In this document: one piece after another, positions 27,437-39,739 of the stretch
Position numbering within the stretch: position 1 is the stretch's first letter
Layout of the letters: every line of letters starts with the position of its first letter
DNA from: Hemiscyllium ocellatum
Taxonomy: Eukaryota
Assembly: GCF_020745735.1 (NCBI RefSeq)
Contig: NC_083437.1
Location: forward strand, 19,778,001-19,842,000
Direction: 5' to 3'
Length of the DNA: 64,000 nucleotides
Position numbers and translations under genes: made by a program
The notes under the pieces: generated by a model
Seen by the model: only the letters and a program-made list of their open reading frames with translations
Databases searched by the model: none
Told to the model about the DNA's origin: nothing

Positions 27437-27746
27437 TAGATTATATTCCCTACAGTATGGAAACAGGCCCTTCAACCCAACACTGACCCTCCAAAGAGTA
27501 ACCATCCCTACCCTATATTTACTCCTGAGTAATGCACCTAACACTACGGGCAATTTAGCATGGCTAATTCACCTGACCTGCACATCTTTGGACAGTTGGA
27601 GGAAACCAGAGCACCTGGAGGAAACCCACGCAGACACGGGGAGAATGTGCAAACTCCGCACAGACAGTCACCCAAGGCTGGAATCGAACCTGGGTCCCTG
27701 ATGCTGTGAGGCAGTGGTGCTAACCACTGAGCCACCGTGCCACCCC
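27437..27746 (-). mobile_element. HE1 SINE
   Basis: Reverse-complement HE1. Confidence 0.9.
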
Positions 27747-28295
27747 ATTCTGTCATTCTTGATTTATTCCCATTAACGTGATTTAAAAAAACATGTACAA
27801 ACAATACACCTGCAGTGAATGGACCAAATTTGAGTTGAATCATACGTTTTATTATTCAGTGCGTGCATCGTCACAAAGCCAAGTGATAGCCTTTTCAGTG
27901 GCTGGATCAGCTTTGTAAAGCCTCCTTTGTGGGTTCTGTCAGAGGACCCTCGTTGCTTATGTGAGTCATTGTTCGACTGCACCACAGCTGCAGCCTGGAT
28001 GGTCCTGGGATGCTGCCTGAACTGCTGTGCTCTTCCAGCACCACTGATCCACAACCTGGTCTTGGTAACTCCACTTCCCCGAGAGCTCGACTTGTCTGGA
28101 AATGGTTTGAGGTGGTCCCGAACTCATTAACTGTTGTGCAATTGAATAAAGAACAGTGCCCAGCTTATGTGATGTCTGTTGTACCAAAGTAATCTGTAAC
28201 AAATCACTAATATGCAGTAAATTATATCTTGTTATCTTGAAGGGTGTCTTCTGTTGAGACAGGAAGTAGTTTTCCTTTAACACCTAAGAGTAAAT

Positions 28296-28492
28296 AAGGT
28301 AAAAACAATGACTGCAGATGCTGGAAACCAGATTTTGGATTAATGGTGCTGGAAGAGCACAGCAGTTCAGGCAGCATCCAAAGTGCAGCAAAATCGACGT
28401 TCCTGATGAAGGGCTTTTGCCCGAAACGTCGATTTCGCTGCACTTTGGATGCTACTTGAACTGCTGTGCTCTTCCAGCACCACTAATCCAGA
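28296..28492. mobile_element. Palindromic Penelope-end element with TSD
   Basis: TSD acct(a/c)agagtaaat at 28282-28295 and 28493-28506; intact hammerhead core at 28403-28430. Confidence 0.88.
28403..28430 (+). ncRNA. Minimal hammerhead ribozyme core motif
   Basis: CTGATGA-A-GGGC(TTTT)GCCC-GAAA-CGTC. Confidence 0.65.
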
Positions 28493-28719
28493 ACCTCAGA
28501 GTAAATGCCCTGTAGTTTGCTACACTCATAGACGATGATGGCAGTAAACTTCATGAGCAGTAACCCATACAGTGTAGTGAGTTGGCATGTTCATACATAC
28601 CCCTCACTGATATATAGCCCACACTGTGTGGTTACCTTTTACAATGCTGTAAATCCTCTAGCCTCACAAGCATTTGGACTTCATGAGAATCTTTTCCCCA
28701 TGGCAGACACGTCTAAGAC

Positions 28720-28975
28720 CAGAGCTTCAGGTGAGGAATAAGTGCTTTAGGGGAGACCTGAGAGAAGTTCTTTTTTCACCCAGAGCATGTTAGAAATAGG
28801 GAACGTATTGCCTGAGAGGGTGGTGGAGGCAGGTACTATCACAACATTTATGAAGCATTGGAATGTTGCAGGGCATAGTATAGACCAAGTGAAGGTAAAT
28901 GGGATTAATGTAGCTTGGTGATTGTTGTTTGGCATAGACATGGTGGGCCAAAGGGCCTGTCTCTATGCTGCAGGA
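28720..28975 (+). mobile_element. CR1 LINE 3' fragment
   Basis: RRSSFFTQ..LPERVVEAG remnant and tail gggccaaagggcctgt. Confidence 0.7.
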
Positions 28976-29594
28976 CACTATTTTGGGAGCAATTGAGGGG
29001 AGAAATGGTTGATAAATATTAATGAAAGGATGTAGCTATGTGGAGAATGGAAGGTGATGGGTAGGGTGCTTCTTCATTTGTTTCTTACACACGTGTTCCT
29101 CATCCGGGCCTAGAGGAAGCAGGAGTGGACAGTAACGTGTACCCCATCCACCTCCAATACTCCTGGAAGGCAGTGCTGGCTAAGGAGCCCACTGTGGTTG
29201 ACATTCTGTTTTCTAATGTTTTAATGGTCTTGTTCAGATATGCTGCCAGAGGTGCTCTGACGTTTTGGAAACTGCTGTAAAGCTTTTACTTTGCTGTTGA
29301 GGGTAGTCTAAGGTCAGAATAAAACAACAAAGTAAATAAGGCCCCAGTAGTGGTGCTGGGAGTGGCAGAACTTCTATACATCAGAAGGTTACATTATTCT
29401 TACAGGCAACCCAACTTTTTGAACCACGTCGGGCTGTGCAGGGATTTACGTAGTTCAGCTATGATTTTACTTCTAAGTTAATTTTGTAATAACTGAGTGT
29501 AATCGATCACCGCCTCTCTGTTTTTATTCTCTCCGCGCTCTCTTTCTGAAGGGGTGGTGAAGGGTTTTCTGCACTGACCTTTGTCATAGCAACG

Positions 29595-29692
29595 AGGCCT
29601 ACCCAGAGATTTGAAACTGAGCCTGAGGGAGTACGTAGTCTGGTGGCAGCTCAGCACTGTCGAGATGAGTCTGTGATCTCTGTTAGGCCATC
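29595..29692 (+). repeat. 98-bp direct repeat, copy 1 (copy 2 at 32227-32324)
   Basis: About 6 mismatches over 98 bp by hand alignment. Confidence 0.9.
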
Positions 29693-31182
29693 CCTTCGTA
29701 AATGATAGCCATGTTTCAGGAAACAATCTTGTCTCATTTTCATGTTCCTTTAGTGGAGGGGTAGCTTAGAGAGCCACAGACTTCCTCATCATGCATTGAC
29801 AGAAATTGAAATTAGCTTTATTGTCAGGTGTACTCAAATGAGTATAGTGAAAAGTTTACAAGTCACCACCTTGGTGCCATTTTAGGCACAAAGATGCCTA
29901 GATAAAGATTATTAGGGGAAAAAGAATTAGAATAAAGAAAGGAAAAAGTTCAGAATAACAGACCACGCTGACACCTAGCCTCTAGTCTGTGCCAGACCTT
30001 GACTCCAAACTGCACTCTCTAGGCTGGGAGACCACTCTGGAATCCTCTCAAGACCGAAAGAAATACCTCAGAGTCAAGTTGGACATCAGTGCAAACTCCT
30101 ATTTAAGTGAAAATACTTATTAATTTGGGGAAAAAATATTGAGCTGTAAAATTCTTGTTTTTACCAATTTTGGAAATGGATGTCTTTGTCTACAATTGAG
30201 TTCGTAATGTAGGAGGACCTAACTGTTCCACAGAGCACCGGGCATGTGGGAGACTGGCAGTAAGAGACCAGGGATGCTCAGGTCCGTCAGGTAGGGTGCT
30301 TTGTCTGACTTTGTTCCAGCATTTGAGCACTCACCTCTTCCTGTTTCTCTCCGTGGTCTCCTGAAGGCAGTGAGGCGTCTTGGTCATCCTCAGCCATGAG
30401 TGAAGGCTGGACTATTTGACAACAGAGAGCATCACAGTCTCGACCTCACCTGATGTGCTCCTCCATCGACGTGGCAGGGCAGCAAACAGGAGACAATGGT
30501 CTTTCCTCTCCTTCTTTTATAACCTAGCGGTGCTGAAGGCCTACCCCACAGAGCCCTACTTTGGTTAAAAACAATTCCATGTTATATAGAAGCTGAATTT
30601 AGTCATCAGTACCTCCCATTGAAGCCTCACGAGGGTAAAATATCCAGTGTGTCTCTCTGATTTTTGGCTTTTTACCTTGATCTCCTGTGGTAAACGAGAC
30701 TCTGATTTTACCTGCTGTTTCATCCCCCACCTCACCAAACCAACAAACATTTTCAATGTAAGATCTACGCAAAAAGCATAAATTAAGAATACTTTTTTTT
30801 AAACAAGGGCTTGTTGGGTTTCGGAATATTTTATCAGAAGCAGTCAGGGAATGCTGATTCCTTTTATGAAGGAAAATACTGCCAATAAAATATAGCAATG
30901 GGAAGCATTTGAAACAAAACATGGAGAAATCTAAAAGTGATGACAGTGAGTCTGTAACTCCTTCCATCGGGTCTGTATGGCTCTGATGGGCAGATCCACC
31001 TCATTCAGCGCTGATTTGATATTGAATGCTGTTTACTTAATCATTTAGGACAAAAAGTGATATCCTGCCAACAGCATGTGTGGAGTGCTGGGTAAATCAG
31101 AGCTCCAGCAATGTATGTGGTGTATATGAGGGAGATGCAGCAAAGGGCATGGATTAGACTGAAGTTGGAGGAGCAGTGTGTT

Positions 31183-31440
31183 ATAAATTTAAGGTGAAGG
31201 GGACATAAATTTAAGGTGAAGGGTGGAAGGTATAGGGGGGATGTCAGGGGTAGGTTCTATACCCAGACAGTGGTGGGGCATGGAATGCGCTGCCTGTGGG
31301 GGAATGGCAGAGTCAGAATCATTGGTGACCTTTAAGCGGCAATTGGATAGGTACATGGATAGGAGCTTAAGCTAGGACAAATGTTCGGCACAACATCGTG
31401 GGCCGAAGGGCCTGTTCTGTGCTGTATTGTTCTATGCTCT
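31183..31440 (+). mobile_element. CR1 LINE 3' fragment
   Basis: HKFKVKG, WNALP remnant and tail gggccgaagggcctgttctgtgctgtattgttctatg; short tandem duplication at the 5' junction. Confidence 0.85.
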
Positions 31441-31852
31441 GTTATATTTCTCACTCTCGTGCTCACACAGCCATAGTGTGGAGTGTTTAGAATGGATTAC
31501 AATGAAGCTCTCCATCTGCAGTCAGTGACTATTGAACACTCTGACTTTGGCCTGTTAGATTCAACCAGCGCTAACACTTGGTTTGTCTATCAATGAGCCT
31601 CCCATTTTAATCCTCACTTTGCTAATCTCCGCTGTTTCACTAACTTTCTGTTCCTTGTTGGAGAGGGGCAGGAGTGTCACACCACGCCCTCAACCTGCTG
31701 CCTCAGGTCTTCCTGAGGCAGCAGCTCCCCATCGTCTGAGCAAATTCACCTCCAAGCTGTTGAGGGTATTGTACATCCACTCAGTGATCAGGGAAAGGGA
31801 GCTGGATTCAGGAAGATGATATAAACTGGAGGTGGGGGTGGTTAGGGGCCAG

Positions 31853-31948
31853 CGCTGAAAATGTGTTGCTGGGAAAGCGCAGCAGGTCAGGCAGCATCCA
31901 AGGAGCAGGAGAGTCAACGTTTCGGGCATGAGCCCTTCTTCAGGAATC
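31853..31948 (-). mobile_element. Single arm of a Penelope-end element with hammerhead motif
   Basis: Minus strand reads gattc-CTGAAGA-A-GGGC(TCAT)GCCC-GAAA-CGTT. Confidence 0.78.
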
Positions 31949-32226
31949 GTGGGGGTGATCAGGGGCCAACCAGTAACTGCTGTGGAGCTCCATATAAACT
32001 TGGAGCTCAGTGCGCCGAGAAAGCCAGGGTCCCCTCGTGCGCAGAAAGGTCATGAAGCAGGATGTCAAGGCAATGGTGGAAATGCCCAGGTCACTAAAGA
32101 GCCCAGGTGAAGAATTTACATATTCCTGGGCTTGAGGGATACCTGGGCAATAAATGTGACTATCGCGGAACAAAGCAATACCCCAAAAGGATTGTTTTCC
32201 TACATCACTCGATACCTGATGAATTA

Positions 32227-32324
32227 AGGCCTATCCAGAGATTTGAAACTGAGCCTGAGGGAGTACGTAGTCTGGTGGCAGCTCAGCACAGACTAGATGA
32301 GTCTGTGATCTCTGCTAGGTCATC
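32227..32324 (+). repeat. 98-bp direct repeat, copy 2
   Basis: Matches 29595-29692. Confidence 0.9.
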
Positions 32325-32564
32325 AACAGAGATGTAACCAACACATGGGACACGATGAGCTAACCAAGGATGGACTGGGAATTGAACCTGGTCTGTCACT
32401 GGCTGGAACTGGCTGCTTGGTCTGTCTCTGTGCTGTACAGCTGTACCAGGTAATAGATTTGCTATGCAAAGTATGTTTGTCACTCTGAACAATGTCTCCT
32501 CACATGTGTCTGTGTGTTTTATTTTCTGCAACACATTATTAATGGTGGGTCTGTTCTGTTGCAG

Positions 32565-32609
32565 ATGATTGTGACCTTCGACCTGAGGAGCTACAGCATC
32601 ATGTGACAG
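32565..32609 (+). other. Candidate 45-nt micro-exon
   Basis: Acceptor ctgttctgttgcag, donor CAG/gtacag, downstream G-runs; the phase-1 reading xDCDLRPEELQHHVT is open. Confidence 0.3.
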
Positions 32610-33014
32610 GTACAGTCCGAGCTCAGGGTGTGAGTGGGGGTGGGGGGTGTTGTCGCGGGTGGGTGTAGTTGAGTACGCTGGTTGAATCGAGTTTGTGTCT
32701 GGTTTCTGGACAGGCGGCTGCTCAGGGATGTTTGGATGTTTTGTCTTGTTCCCTCAGATTTGACCATTTGGTTCTGAGAGGGAGGTTCAGCATTATGGCA
32801 CGATGTTAGGGATCCCGGTGCTCAGAGTGACCAGTGTTGGCGAGGTGCCAACTCTGGGGATAAGCGTGTATCAGAAATGTGGAGATGCCTGAATTGCTCT
32901 CGTGTGACCCTCCCAAAGCCGTAGACATCATCTTCAAAGTGCACAGCTCCACATTGCCCAGCTTCACAACCAAAGCAGCAACAAGAGTCTCCCTGTTGGG
33001 CATGGTATTTTATA

Positions 33015-33420
33015 AAAGCAGAAACTGCTGGAAATCCCCAGCAGGTTAGGCAGCATCTGTGAAGTGAACCACCATGAGCGACATTTTGTCAGAACTGCAA
33101 GATGTCAGAAATATGGCAGTTTTTTGAGGCAGTGGAGGGGGCTCTGTCTCTGTGACAGGGTGAAAGGGCAAGGGATTTAAATAACAAAATATTTCACATT
33201 TACAACAGTAAAATAAATAGCTAATGGATAAAGTTAAGGAAAAAAAATCAAAACAGGAAGGCCACCTGAACGCAATGTGAAGTAAGAAACCTGTCAGGCC
33301 TGACCCAGCGAAACAAGAAAAATATACAGCAAGATATAGGTGTAGGCAGAAGGAATTGTCTAAAGGTGTTGAATTCAATGTTGAGTCCAAAGGGCTGGAG
33401 GATGCTGCAACAAAAGCTGG
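33015..33420 (-). mobile_element. Old Penelope-like 3' end relic
   Basis: aaaagcagaaactgctggaaatc..cagcagg..ggcagcatctgt resembles the PLE end family. Confidence 0.4.
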
Positions 33421-33449
33421 GCTGACGTTTGCTGAGCTTCATACATTTT

Positions 33450-33660
33450 CTTTCTCTCTTCTCACTCATTCACGCTCACTCACTCCCTCCTTCCCTCATT
33501 TTCATTTTCTCTTCCTCTCTATCCCACTTCCTCATTCTCTCTTTCTATCTCTCTGTCCCTCCCCCTCTCTCTCATTCTCTCTCTGCCTGACTCTCTCCCT
33601 TATTCTATCTCTCTCTCTCTCTCCCCCTCTGTCTCTCCCTTCGACTCTTTCTCTCTCCCA
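33450..33660. repeat. CT-rich simple repeat
   Basis: Pyrimidine tract. Confidence 0.85.
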
Positions 33661-34063
33661 TACCCATAATCAGGTCTTGGAGGTTCCCTGAAGGATTCTC
33701 CTCATTTTCTGCTGCTTCTGAGATGGGGAGGGGGGAAGGTGAATGAAGTGGAGCTCTGAGTTTTGCTAAAGGGGATCAGGCCTGCTGTTAGACCCCACTC
33801 CCGTGGCCATGAGAGTGAGTTCGAGAGTGATCTGATGGAGGGCTTTCGAAAGCGATGAGGAAATAACCCACCTCATTGCCCACTATCGTACTGTCGGGGT
33901 TTCCAGGTTCACCAGATCAGAGCACTTCCTGAGGGGTGGCCTCCGCCAAAGTCTTCAGTGGAAACCTGAATCCCATCCTGTGTCTTTTCATTTCGGTATT
34001 GCTCCTTTTTTGGACTGGGAGTCCCGGTGACACAGTCTGTACAACTGCTGTGATATCCAACCC

Positions 34064-34595
34064 AGGAACGGAGTCGGCCGGTCAGGGACGGAGCCGGACA
34101 GGGACGGAGCCGGACAGAGACAGAGCTGGCCGGACAGAGAAGGAGCCGGCCGGTCAGGGAAGGAGCCGGCCGGACAGGGATAAAGCTGACCGGTCAGGGG
34201 TAGTGCTGGCTGGTCAGGGAAAGAGCCAGCCGGAATGGGATAGAGCTGGTCAGACAGGGACGGAGCCGGCCGGAAAGGGACGGAGCCGGCCAGAGAGGGA
34301 AGGAGCTGGCTGGACAGGGATAGAGCTGACCAGACAGGGATAGAGCTGGCCAGACAGGGATAGAGCCGGCCGGAGAGGGACGGAGCCGGCCAGAGAGGGA
34401 CGGAGCCGGCCAGAGAGGGAAGGAGCTGGCTGGACAGGGATAGAGCTGACCAGACAGGGATAGAGCTGGCTGGAACAGGGAAGCAGCTGGCCGGTCAGGG
34501 ATAGAGCTGGCCAGACAAGGATAGAGCCGGCCAGACAGGGAAGGAGCTGGACAGGGACGGAGCCGGACAGGTAAGGAGGCGGCCGGTCAGGGAAG
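34064..34595. repeat. GC-rich minisatellite, ~20-bp unit (ccagacagggatagagctgg / ccggacagggacggagccgg)
   Basis: Roughly 25 variant units; block 34291-34350 recurs at 34411-34470. Confidence 0.92.
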
Positions 34596-35134
34596 GGTTT
34601 AAAAGCCTTGACCGACATCTGGTGCCCTGAAGTGGAGCATCCCGATGTGGCCGGCGTTTCTAAGTGGTGACTCTGCCTCCCGGCTCCTCTCCTCTCTCCC
34701 ACGTCCTCCCTGTACACTGGGAAAGTTAAGATTAAAGTATTCACTCCTGCTAATTTGCAGAGCTGCTTGGGGCAAAATTGGCAGCAGAGCTTAAACAATC
34801 TAACATCTCCATGGCAACCATGAACATTAAACTAAAGAGACAGGGAATCAGTATGTGTACCTGCTGAGCGCTATTCCATAAACTGCTCCAATCAAAAGCT
34901 TTCTCAAAGTCAGGTTGATAGATTTTCATTGAGTAAGGGCCTCAGTGCAGATGCTGTAAGGCTGACTGATGTTGACGCAATGGGAGGGAGACAAATTCTT
35001 CTATTCCTGCAGACCACTGCTGTGATCTAACAGTGCAGCTCATTCTCTACCTCTCGTGATTCAGTGGACAACTGCGCCAGTAATGGCAGCACTGAGCAAT
35101 TCCGAGCAGGGAGATGCTTCCTCTGTCAATACAG

Positions 35135-35206
35135 GGTGGCACGGTGGCTCAGTGGTTAGCACTGCTGCCTCACAGTGCCAGGACGCCAGGTTCGATCCCA
35201 GCCTCT
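35135..35206 (+). mobile_element. HE1 SINE head, interrupted by CR1
   Basis: A/B boxes; HE1 body resumes at about 35745-35785. Confidence 0.75.
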
Positions 35207-35715
35207 GCGCCTATCGGAAAGATGTTGTGAAACTTGAAAGCATTCATCAATGATTTACAAGGGAGGTTTGGAGGGTTTGAGCTACAGTGAGAGGCTGAAC
35301 AGGCTGGGGCTGTTTTCCCTGGAGTGTCGGAGGCTGAGGAGTGACCTTATAGAGGTGTACAAAATTATGAGGGGCATGGATAGGATAGATAGACAAAGTC
35401 TTTTCCCTGGGGTCGGGGAGTCCAGAACAAGAGGGCATAAGCTTAGGGTGAGAGGGGAAAGATATAATAGAGACCTAAGGGGCAACTTTTTCACACAGAC
35501 GGTGGTACATGTCTGGAATGAGCTGCCAGAGGGAGTGGTGGAGGCTGGTACAATTATAGCATTTAAAAGGCATCTGGTTGGGTATATGAATAGTGAGGGC
35601 TTAGAGGGATATGGGCCAAGTGCTGGCAAATGGGACAAGATTAGGCTCGGATATCTGGTCAGCATGGACGAGTTGGACCGAAGGGTCTGTTTCTGTGCTG
35701 CACATGTCTATGATA
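35207..35715 (+). mobile_element. CR1/HER1 LINE 3' fragment
   Basis: YRKDVVKLE, LGLFSLECRRLRSDLIEVYK, WNELP motifs and 3' UTR. Confidence 0.92.
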
Positions 35716-36148
35716 TGTATGGAGATGGTTGGTTCTCCAGGTCTGGCATGTTCTCCTCGTGTCTGCGTGGGTGTGCTCCGGTTCGTTAGATTCTGTCGGT
35801 GAGAGTGAGGGTCACGCACCGAGCCTTGGCTGGTCCCCTCCGTACAGCAGGACTGTTGATGCTCTGTGCAGCCTCAGCTCAGAGCCATGGACCTAACATC
35901 ACTGGGGAGGCTTTGTCTGTGTGGCTGGGCTATCACTGGAGAAACCACGCTATTGGAAGCATCTTCCATCGTTTTCTTCCCCACCCTTTAATTCTGGTAT
36001 CTTATTACTCCTGCCTAGAGGGGCCCATGCCTCCCCAAAATGTGATCCCCCTCCAGAGTGCAGCTCCCTCATATGTGAGAATTGGATCCCAGAATGCTGT
36101 CACAAGCCCCCTCCCCTGTTGGGAGAAGGAAATCACTTCATTTCCTCC

Positions 36149-36995
36149 CTCTGGTATTTCACCCAGGCACAGGCTCCAGCAATCTGAGAATTTTCACTCC
36201 AAGAGGGAAAACACCAATGGGTTTTGCAATGGTGGGGAAATATCCGAGCTGGTTCCCGCCCTGGCCTCACACTTCCCTGACAGAAATGCTCGATCAGGAA
36301 TGGAAACCGAGTGCTCCATTCACACTACCATCGGGCACAAGACATTTCGGCATGTTCTCTGGTTACAGCAGGCGCAATACAAATGCAGGTCCATTCCATC
36401 CAGTTATTCTGTTCTGTCCAGTACTACTATTCCCTTCCTCCCAGGCTGCGCACAAACCCAGGGCTGGGGAGTTCAAAACTAGAGGCCATGGGTTTAAGTT
36501 GAAAGGGGAACGATTTAAAAGGGACCCAAGGGGCAGTTTTTTCACGCAGAGGGTGGGTCCTGTGTGGAATGGAGACAGGGAGGACTGCAGATGCTGGAGA
36601 TCAGAGTCGAGAGTGTGGTGCTGGAAAAGCACAGCAGCTCAGGCAGCATCCGAGGAGGAGGAGAATCGACATTTTGAGCATAAGCCCTTCATCCTGATGG
36701 CTGAGACGTCGATTCTGCTGCTCCTCGGATGCTGCCTCACCTGCTGTGATTTTCCAGCAACACACTCTCGGCTCAAGTGTGGAATGAACTGCCAGAGGAA
36801 GTGGTCAATGCAGGTGCAGTTACAGCATTTAAAAGACATTTGGGTAGGTGTTTAAATAGGAAAGGTTTGAGGGATATAAGCCAAACACAGGGAAATGGGA
36901 CTGGATTGGAAAAGCTGGTCAACTTGGATGAGTTACACAAAAGGTCTGTTTCCGTGCTCTGGGACTCAACGACTCCATCTGCTTGAAGTTTAATC
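36149..36995 (+). repeat. Left arm of an ~850-bp inverted duplication
   Basis: Near-identical reverse complement of 37998-38845; contains unique DNA, a CR1 fragment and a nested PLE palindrome. Confidence 0.95.
36572..36776. mobile_element. Palindromic Penelope-end element nested in CR1
   Basis: TSD gtgtggaatg at 36562-36571 and 36777-36786. Confidence 0.85.
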
Positions 36996-37997
36996 AGGCC
37001 CTGTCTTTTCCAGGAGCCCCCAACCCCCTGACACCGGATTTTGATTTTGGGAGAAGCTCCCACCTAAGAATGATTGATAGATAAATGGAATGTGTTGTGA
37101 AGACCACTTTCATTCTGGTTGGGATTTGCAGCAGTAGCAGAGCGTGAGGCTGGGTGCTTGTTTGTGAAAACCTTGTGGGTTTCCCAGTTTGAGAAGCCTG
37201 ATGTATCAGTGTCAGTGTGCGATATGCTTGGTGCCCTTTAATTCACATAATTGATGTGTTGTTCTTTCAGAGCTGCCGTTTGCATATCGCTGCCTGCGTG
37301 TGTGTGTTGTGAAAATCAATTTCTTCAATCACCCCGATGTCATCCATTTTCTAGCCAGTGCATGTCGAAATCCTACTGTTTTTCAGGAGCCTGCCTCTTA
37401 CAGCTGCTGTCAATACAACAGGATGAAAGTCTTGCCCCAGCCTCTTGTCAATATTATTCATAACCAACTGGACTTCAAGCAGGGAGCCTGAGGCGCAGTT
37501 AGTGCTTCTGCCTGCACCTCTTCTCGTGCCTGTTGGCTTCTTTCCTTTCCCCCATGTCTTCCTTCCTCCCTCACGTTTTGTTATTTATTTCTGTGTCTTC
37601 CTTTTCCTCTCTATCTCATTTTCTCCACCTGCGTTGCTCTCCTGCTTTCTGTCCCTCTTTCCCCTTTGCAGCCTGGCTCCATGTGAGATTCTTTTCATCG
37701 CAGCCTGTTTTCACAGCGAGCCCCCTGTTTGGGTGTCCCTGCCCCCACTGACTGTCAATCGTCTTCCCTTGGAGGTTCCCATTGAAGAGGTTTCTCCTGG
37801 CTGACCCTGCTAGGTGTCCCAGAACAACGATGACGCTTGATCATGTGCAGAGCCTGTGAGTGGGGGCTGTTGTGCCAACAGTTCCCATGTGGTTCTATCT
37901 GACCAGGAAACACTCCGGCACGTACTGCCTGATGCAGACATAGTGGAAGGATTTACAAACTGACAATCCACCTTGTGATGTCCCTTCCATAGCCATA

Positions 37998-38845
37998 GAT
38001 TAAACTTCAAGCAGATGGAGTCGTTGAGTCCCAGAGCACGGAAACAGACTTTTTGGTCTAACTCATCCAAGCTGACCAGCTTTTCCAATTCAGTCCCATT
38101 TCCCTGTGTTTGGCTTATATCCCTCAAACCTTTCCTATTCAAACACCTACCCAAATGTCTTTTAAATGTTGTAACTGCACCTGCATTGACCACTTCCTCT
38201 GGCAGTTCATTCCACACTTGAGCCGAGAGTGTGTTGCTGGAAAATCACAGCAGGTGAGGCAGCATCCGAGGAGCAGCAGAATCGACATCGCAGCCATCAG
38301 GATGAAGGGCTTATGCTCAAAATGTCGATTCTCCTCCTCCTCGGATGCTGCCTGAGCTGCTGTGCTTTTCCAGCACCACACTCTCGACTCTGATCTCCAG
38401 CATCTGCAGTCCTCCCTGTCTCCATTCCACACAGGACCCACCCTCTGCGTGAAAAAGCTGCCCCTTGGGTCCCTTTTAAATCGTTCCCCTCTCAACTTAA
38501 ACCCATGGCCTCTAGTTTTGAACTCCCCAGCCCTGGGTTTGTGCACAGCCTGGGAGGAAGGGAATAGCAGTACTGGCCGGAACAGAATAACTGGATGGAA
38601 TGGACCTGCATTTGTATTGCGCCTGCTGTAACCAGAGAACATGCCGAAATGTCTTGTGCCCGATGGTAGTGTGAATGGAGCACTCGGTTTCCATTCCCGA
38701 TCGAGCATTTCTGTCAGGGAAGTGTGAGGCCAGGGCAGGAATCAGCTTGGATATTTCCCTACCATTGCAAAACCCATTGGTGTTTTCCCTCTTGGAGTGA
38801 AAACTGTCAGATTGCTGGAGCCCGTGCCTGGGTAAAATATCAGAG
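37998..38845 (-). repeat. Right arm of an ~850-bp inverted duplication
   Basis: Reverse complement of 36149-36995. Confidence 0.95.
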
Positions 38846-39139
38846 TCTGGAGCCAAAGGCAGGACGCTACCACAAGACCTCCCTAGACCTTGGATGCCGT
38901 ACGGAATTGATGTTGATTGATTTGGTGTGGTCGGTCTGGGAGCAGCAGTGAGCTAGCTCACTATCAGCAGGAACTCTCTGGCCCTTTAGTGCAGCAATTC
39001 TCAACCAAATGAGCTGAACGGGTGAAGGAGCCTGTTGGAGTGAGGTGGCCCTCCATTGCTGACCAGTTAGTGCCACTCTATACAGTGATGGGACCATCAT
39101 AATACTGACAGAAATTCCCAGCTTTGTTTTCCTCATGGC

Positions 39140-39385
39140 GCGCGCTCGTATACACGCACACGCACACACACGGACAAGAACACCAACACACACACACACA
39201 CACATGCACACACATGGACACAGGCACACACAAACACGTGTACACATGAACACGCACACATATGAGCATATGTATAGGAATGCGCATGTGCACACATACA
39301 AGTGTTCACAGGTGCATTCACACATGCACACGCACACACGAGCATGTGCACATATATGCACTCATACAAATGTTTGCACATTCAC
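39140..39385. repeat. CA-rich degenerate microsatellite
   Basis: Low-complexity (CA)n/(CACG). Confidence 0.85.
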
Positions 39386-39739
39386 CCATTTTGATTAATT
39401 AGCAAATAGTGTATTCAGTTCAAAAGAAGTTAAAATGGCCCCTGCTGCCTGATGAACAAAGTTAGGTTTTCCTGGCCATCTCAGTCACCAAAGCAGTGAG
39501 TGATGTGTTTGCCTGTATCAAAGTCTTATTATCCGGATCAGCTGATCTCTGCTGGGGCATCGTTCCCCTTGAGCCGGTTGCTAAGGGACTGAAGCAGTTA
39601 TCTAGGCTGATTCTTGGTCATTCGCCATGTTGTCATCTTCCTCATGCCCTGACTGCTCTGGCCCACATGGTCAGAAAGCCAGCCAGCACATCATTTATGC
39701 AAAGCAACTTCCAAAAACAATTGATTGGTAATGAGTAGA

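Noticed and set aside
33936-34798. ORFs over the 20-bp minisatellite
   Set aside because: Repeat-derived; no independent coding evidence.
35799-36855. Long ORFs of 227 and 257 aa
   Set aside because: They run through CR1 and PLE palindrome sequence with no domain signal; chance read-through.
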